From: Eledone cirrhosa
Taxonomy: Eukaryota
DNA: 64,000 nt
Assembly: GCA_964016885.1 (NCBI GenBank)
Contig: OZ024762.1
Span: forward strand, 10,230,001-10,294,000
Reading direction: 5' to 3'
Below are positions 57,901 through 64,000 of this stretch, in pieces. Positions within the stretch are counted from its first letter, which is position 1, and each line of letters begins with the position of its first letter. The notes beneath the pieces were generated by a model, which worked only from the letters and a program-made list of their open reading frames with translations, did not search any database and was not told the origin of the DNA. The translations under genes and the position numbers were made by a program.

Positions 57901-57940
<40 letters not shown>

Positions 57941-57943
57941 TAC

Positions 57944-57998
<55 letters not shown>

Positions 57999-58002
57999 TA
58001 TG

Positions 58003-58033
<31 letters not shown>

Positions 58034-58041
58034 GTACATAC

Positions 58042-58086
<45 letters not shown>

Positions 58087-58100
58087 TACATGTATATATA

Positions 58101-58142
<42 letters not shown>

Positions 58143-58147
58143 ATATA

Positions 58148-58204
<57 letters not shown>

Positions 58205-58224
58205 TACATGTATATATAAATATT

Positions 58225-58275
<51 letters not shown>

Positions 58276-58322
58276 TACATGTATATATAAATATTATATA
58301 TATATATAAATATGTATATATA

Positions 58323-58361
<39 letters not shown>

Positions 58362-58375
58362 TACATGTATATATA

Positions 58376-58432
<57 letters not shown>

Positions 58433-58436
58433 CATA

Positions 58437-58480
<44 letters not shown>

Positions 58481-58494
58481 TACATGTATATATA

Positions 58495-58532
<38 letters not shown>

Positions 58533-58792
58533 CGGTTGCATCTGTGTGTCTATGTACCTGTTTAAGCAAGTAATTTAAGTTTGGCATAAACGGAAGGAAA
58601 CTGACGTATTAACATCAATATCCGGTTATATAATAATAATAATAAAATATCATTATTATTATTAATATTATTAATATCGTGATTATCATCCTCTTTAGTT
58701 TATATATATATATACACACACACAGATATATATATATAATATATATAATATATATATATACATATACATATATATATATATGCATATATATA

Positions 58793-58867
<75 letters not shown>

Positions 58868-58944
58868 TATATGTATATATATATGCATATATATATATAT
58901 ATATGATATAATATATATATATTATAATATATATATATATATGC

Positions 58945-59003
<59 letters not shown>

Positions 59004-59040
59004 TATGCATGTATATATATATATATATACATATATATGC

Positions 59041-59083
<43 letters not shown>

Positions 59084-59228
59084 TGTATATATATATATAT
59101 ATATATATATGCATGTATATATATATATATATATATATACATATATATGCATGTATATATATATATATGCATGTATATATATATATATATATATATACAT
59201 ATATATGCATGTATATATATATATATGC

Positions 59229-59433
<205 letters not shown>

Positions 59434-59455
59434 TATATATATATATATATATATA

Positions 59456-59663
<208 letters not shown>

Positions 59664-59667
59664 TATA

Positions 59668-59703
<36 letters not shown>

Positions 59704-59707
59704 TATA

Positions 59708-59743
<36 letters not shown>

Positions 59744-59747
59744 TATA

Positions 59748-59821
<74 letters not shown>

Positions 59822-59845
59822 TATATATATATATATATATATATA

Positions 59846-59993
<148 letters not shown>

Positions 59994-60017
59994 TATATAT
60001 ATATATATATATATATA

Positions 60018-60091
<74 letters not shown>

Positions 60092-60095
60092 TATA

Positions 60096-60131
<36 letters not shown>

Positions 60132-60135
60132 TATA

Positions 60136-60171
<36 letters not shown>

Positions 60172-60175
60172 TATA

Positions 60176-60311
<136 letters not shown>

Positions 60312-60465
60312 TGTGTATATATATATTTAGATACATATGATTTCTAATGAATGAAACAGTTCTAGTCCTGTAGAATCTCATCTATATTAAAACTTTTATA
60401 ATCTGCAATGTATTGAGTACCTTACTTACTGTGGTTACCTCCGATTCAACCCGGAATAACGTACC

Positions 60466-60579
<114 letters not shown>

Positions 60580-61023
60580 TCATATATATGCGTGTGTATA
60601 CACATACATATATATATATGTACAGACATATGTTTTAAACAAGCTAAAAGTAATTTTTTGAGGAAGTGTTCCATTCGTTAGGAGAAAGGTAAGTGCTTCA
60701 AATGAAAAGGATGTGTGTCTATCATACACTTCCGGTGGACGCTGCAGATAGTGTAAGCTTAACTTCCGGCAAACTTCTTAAAATCAAATTTGTAAATATT
60801 TTGTTTTTGAGATTTTAAAAAAAATAGATTCTTTTTCATCCACTCCTACATCACTTTATAAAATATTAGATAAAGAAATTGCTTCCATATTTGTGTTTTT
60901 CACACCATCATCCTGGTCGTTGTGGTTTTTGTACAACTTCTGATGGGTTTTTTATTAATAAAATTTCGTTGGTATCTATCTATATATCTATCTATATATA
61001 TATCTATCTATCTATCTACCAAC

Positions 61024-61387
61024 TTAAGTATCACTTTAGAAGGAGAATCAGGGTTTAGAGAGAGGCACTGCATTCCAGTAAATTTACTGAAAGGTGGGTG
61101 AATGAAGCGAAAATGACCCGAGGGATTGGGCCTTCTCTGTTTATAAGCCTTTAGGTTGAAGAAGAGAGCAAAAGGAAGAAAGGAGCACTTGCACAACACG
61201 CTCCTGGAGTTGAGGGTTGTTCTATCAACGGGGTATTAAACAACCCATGTGTGGCGCCTCTCCCCTATTGGGGATTTCGATTGTTGTAATTGTTTGTTTT
61301 TATATTTTTTACACGACTGTATGTAAAATCCCCGGCATGTCTTTGTATTGTCCCCTTTTCTTGTGCGCCCTTGTGGCTAATAAAGAA

Positions 61388-61428
<41 letters not shown>

Positions 61429-61430
61429 AC
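61024..61430 (+). mobile_element. Tx1/L1-like LINE 3' end with (ATCT)n tail
   Basis: KYHFRRRIRV*REALHSSKFTERWVNEAKMTRGIGPSLFISL*; 3' UTR ends ctaataaagaaatctatctatct; ATCT repeats on both sides. Confidence 0.8.
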
Positions 61431-61499
61431 TATCTACCAACGCCCCTGTGGCAAATAAAGAAAGATATCTATCTACTAGCTACGGCCGAGCTTACACTC

Positions 61500-61720
61500 G
61501 CAAACATTCAGCACACTTTCTCCAATCGTCCCAGTCAAGCATGACATTTCTCAGTTCATCGATACTATCAATGTCGGCATCTCTCTCAGCAGGGTATCAA
61601 TGAATGAGACGGCCTGTCTTTCCATGCCTCTTCGTCCTACCACCGGTTTCCAGAGCACAAGTTGTGATGATGTCTCTCCTGGATGACGGATGCAGTGCCC
61701 AGCCAGTTTCATTCGCATCC
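61500..61720 (-). mobile_element. RTE LINE C-terminal relic
   Basis: RMKLAGHCIRHPGETSSQLVLWKPVVGRRGMERQAVSFIDTLL. Confidence 0.8.
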
Positions 61721-61769
61721 ACCATGTATGCATATATATATATATATATTTTATTTTATTTTATAGAAG

Positions 61770-61821
61770 GAGCTTCTACAGGACTAGTACTGTTTCATTC
61801 AGATGAAATCTTCAGGAAGCT
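61770..61821 (-). ncRNA. Type I hammerhead ribozyme (family A), minus-strand mirror copy
   Basis: Exact reverse complement of 61827-61878. Confidence 0.85.
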
Positions 61822-61825
61822 TCAA

Positions 61826-61878
61826 GAGCTTCCTGAAGATTTCATCTGAATGAAACAGTACTAGTCCTGTAGAAGCTC
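61826..61878 (+). ncRNA. Type I hammerhead ribozyme (family A)
   Basis: gagcttc-CTGAAGA-t ttc atct gaa t-GAAA-cag tactagtc ctg-TA-gaagctc; 7-bp stem I, predicted cut after 61871. Confidence 0.9.
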
Positions 61879-61963
61879 CTTCTATAAAATAAAAAATGTT
61901 TACTCTGCCATGTATTGAGTACCTTACTTACTGTGGTTATCCCCGACTCAATCCGGGACCTAC

Positions 61964-62018
<55 letters not shown>

Positions 62019-62054
62019 ATTAATAAATTGAAACTATATTTATAAAACCATATT

Positions 62055-62119
62055 TATTTCATTATACATATTTCAGGGATACCACATTAAATTATGGTAT
62101 GCCTTCATCAGACAAAATA
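62055..62119 (-). ncRNA. Minimal hammerhead (family F), minus-strand mirror copy
   Basis: Reverse complement of 62235-62299. Confidence 0.8.
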
Positions 62120-62234
62120 CAATATATAACAGTTTTACAAATAGGTTTGACGTACCCTATCCAGACAGTCTCCAAAAGTAATGGTTGTATTTTAAAGGGT
62201 ACGTCAAACCTATTTGTAAAACTGTTATATATTG

Positions 62235-62299
62235 TATTTTGTCTGATGAAGGCATACCATAATTTAATGTGGTATCCCTGAAATATGTATAATGAAATA
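62235..62299 (+). ncRNA. Minimal type I hammerhead ribozyme (family F)
   Basis: tattttgt-CTGATGA-aggcataccata atttaa tgtggtatccct-GAAA-t atgt a-TA-atgaaata; predicted cut after 62291; element 62016-62431. Confidence 0.8.
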
Positions 62300-62894
62300 A
62301 ATATGGTTTTATAAATATAGTTTCCATTTATTAATATCGTATATCTACTCCAAAAATTTGTCGAGTGCTTTATATCAGTTTTAAAAATATTTACTTGTTG
62401 TATCCCAACAACTTTAAATAGAACTTTTGCATATATATATATATATATATACAATAAAGTATGTCCATAGAATCATTGGATAAAATATATACACCATTTC
62501 CTCACCCAATCAGCATAATCAACCACACAAAAAACCAATTAAACCAGGCTATAAGATTAAAAGACACCTATGAAGAAATAATAGATAAATAAACGACAGC
62601 TATCTATTCGCGATCAACAGCCATAGAATATTTACCCAGCATTTCCAATAGCACGTGGGAATCGATTAAATATATCGTCAGCCATACACAATTAGGTATA
62701 AAATCAAATATATATATATATATATGTATGCATATATGCATTCACTTCTTTAAAATGTGTTTGGTAGAAGTAGTTCCACAACAGCTAATACACCATTTCT
62801 AAGAACAATTTGTTTTACCCTTTGATCCATTTGAGGTGAAACAAATTGTTTTCGGAAATGGTGTATTAAAGGTGTTCATTTCTTTAAAATGTGA

Positions 62895-63645
62895 ATTTTT
62901 GTCTGCGGGTGATTGTGATCTTGTTCACTCTGAGAATAACATGAAGCAGCGTCTGGTAGATTCTTAGCGTCTGGTGGAATCTTTTTCGTAGGCATGCAGC
63001 GCGTTAGGTTTGACAATAAGTCTGGCCAAGACAGCTGTCAAATAACAACCTGCTCCGTTCAAGGACTTCAATGAGCCTAGCCTTGATGTTTATGGCAAAA
63101 CATTGAAAGTTGTGGATAAATTTGTGTATTTAGACAGCACGGTAAACATGACAAACACCTTTGATGGTGAAAGCTCGTTACAATGAAAGAAAACAAGAGA
63201 TTTTTCGGTAAATTAGAGATGTGTCTCTGGTGTCGACGTGGGATTTCCACTGATACAAAGTTAAAGGTGTACATAACATGTATATTGTTTTCCTTGTTGT
63301 ATGTATGTGAAACTTGGGTCACATAAAACCGAAATATAAAATGTTTGAACATTTTCATCAACAGTGTCTTCGCCGAATACTCGGTATCCATTGACAATCA
63401 CATATGAGTGTTGTTGAAGAGCTGGAATGAAGTCATTTTAAAAGTATTGAATCTCTCATAATTCTATATAGATTCCGTTGGAGCGGCCATGTTGCAAGAA
63501 TTCCATTAAGTAGTTACAGGGTGTTAGTCAAAGACAAAGGACCAAGGTATAAACCAAAACTCAGGTATAAACACTGTGTGAAAAGAGCTTTGATAAAGTT
63601 AAAAATAAGAGAAGATAACTGGGAAAACATTGCCTTAGATCAGAG
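62895..63645 (+). pseudogene. Decayed RTE (BovB-like) LINE reverse transcriptase and C-terminal region
   Basis: Frameshifted pieces SAGDCDL (YADD position), ACSALGLTISLAKT, LKVVDKFVYL, WCRRGISTDTKLKVY..LLYVCETW, HQQCLRRILGI, RFRWSGHVARI. Confidence 0.85.
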
Positions 63646-63879
63646 AACCTCAAACATTTTGGGCCAATTCACCCCTTACACCTTATTTCCAGAGAGACCT
63701 GCTCTACACACAAATTGTAAATAATATATAATAAATAAAATCGTTAATATATTAAACAATGGTTTCTTATGTAGGCTCAAGGCCAGCAATTTGGGAGGAG
63801 GGGAAAGTAGATTAAACCGACCCCAGCGCGTGACTCGTACTTTATTTTCGGTGTGGAAATCGGTCCTTCGTAAAGACCT

Positions 63880-64000
63880 GCTGTACGGGTCTGAAACTTG
63901 GACACTGACTAAGAAACTCACTCAGATGGTGGATGGGTGCTACCCGAAAATGCTGAGGATAGCTCTGAACATTAATCAGTATACACTGAGGATGAAAAAC
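63880..64000 (+). mobile_element. RTE LINE fragment running off the window
   Basis: LLYGSETWTLTKKLTQMVDGCYPKMLRIALNIN. Confidence 0.8.

Noticed and set aside
62785-62868. Imperfect hairpin resembling a pre-miRNA
   Set aside because: No recognisable mature sequence, and inverted repeats are ubiquitous here.

Overview
Eukaryotic, extremely microsatellite-rich (TA, CA, GA, GGT, ATCT) genomic DNA. Its repeat content (Meta/MESC-domain tRNA-SINEs, RTE, Tx1/L1, R4/Dong and CRE-type LINE relics) resembles an octopod cephalopod; that is inference. Almost every ORF in the track is a simple-repeat artefact. The non-repetitive islands between the (TA)n tracts are mostly 100-700 bp pieces of at least 8-10 unrelated Penelope-like pseudo-LTR families. 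Many carry a type I hammerhead ribozyme fold (stem I-CUGANGA-stem II-GAAA-stem III-UH-stem I'). I count about 19 intact, variant or truncated cores in 64 kb. They show compensatory stem changes between copies and palindromic stem III loops. Several sit in head-to-head palindromes that place a ribozyme on each strand. One lies directly downstream of a GIY-YIG endonuclease C-terminus, and a TTGAGTRCTT motif is shared across families. Also present: hAT, Tc1/mariner and piggyBac-type MITEs with target-site duplications, several minisatellites that arose inside transposons, and a tentative small minus-strand gene (first exon 28652-28511). All structures were read by eye; no folding or database searches were run.
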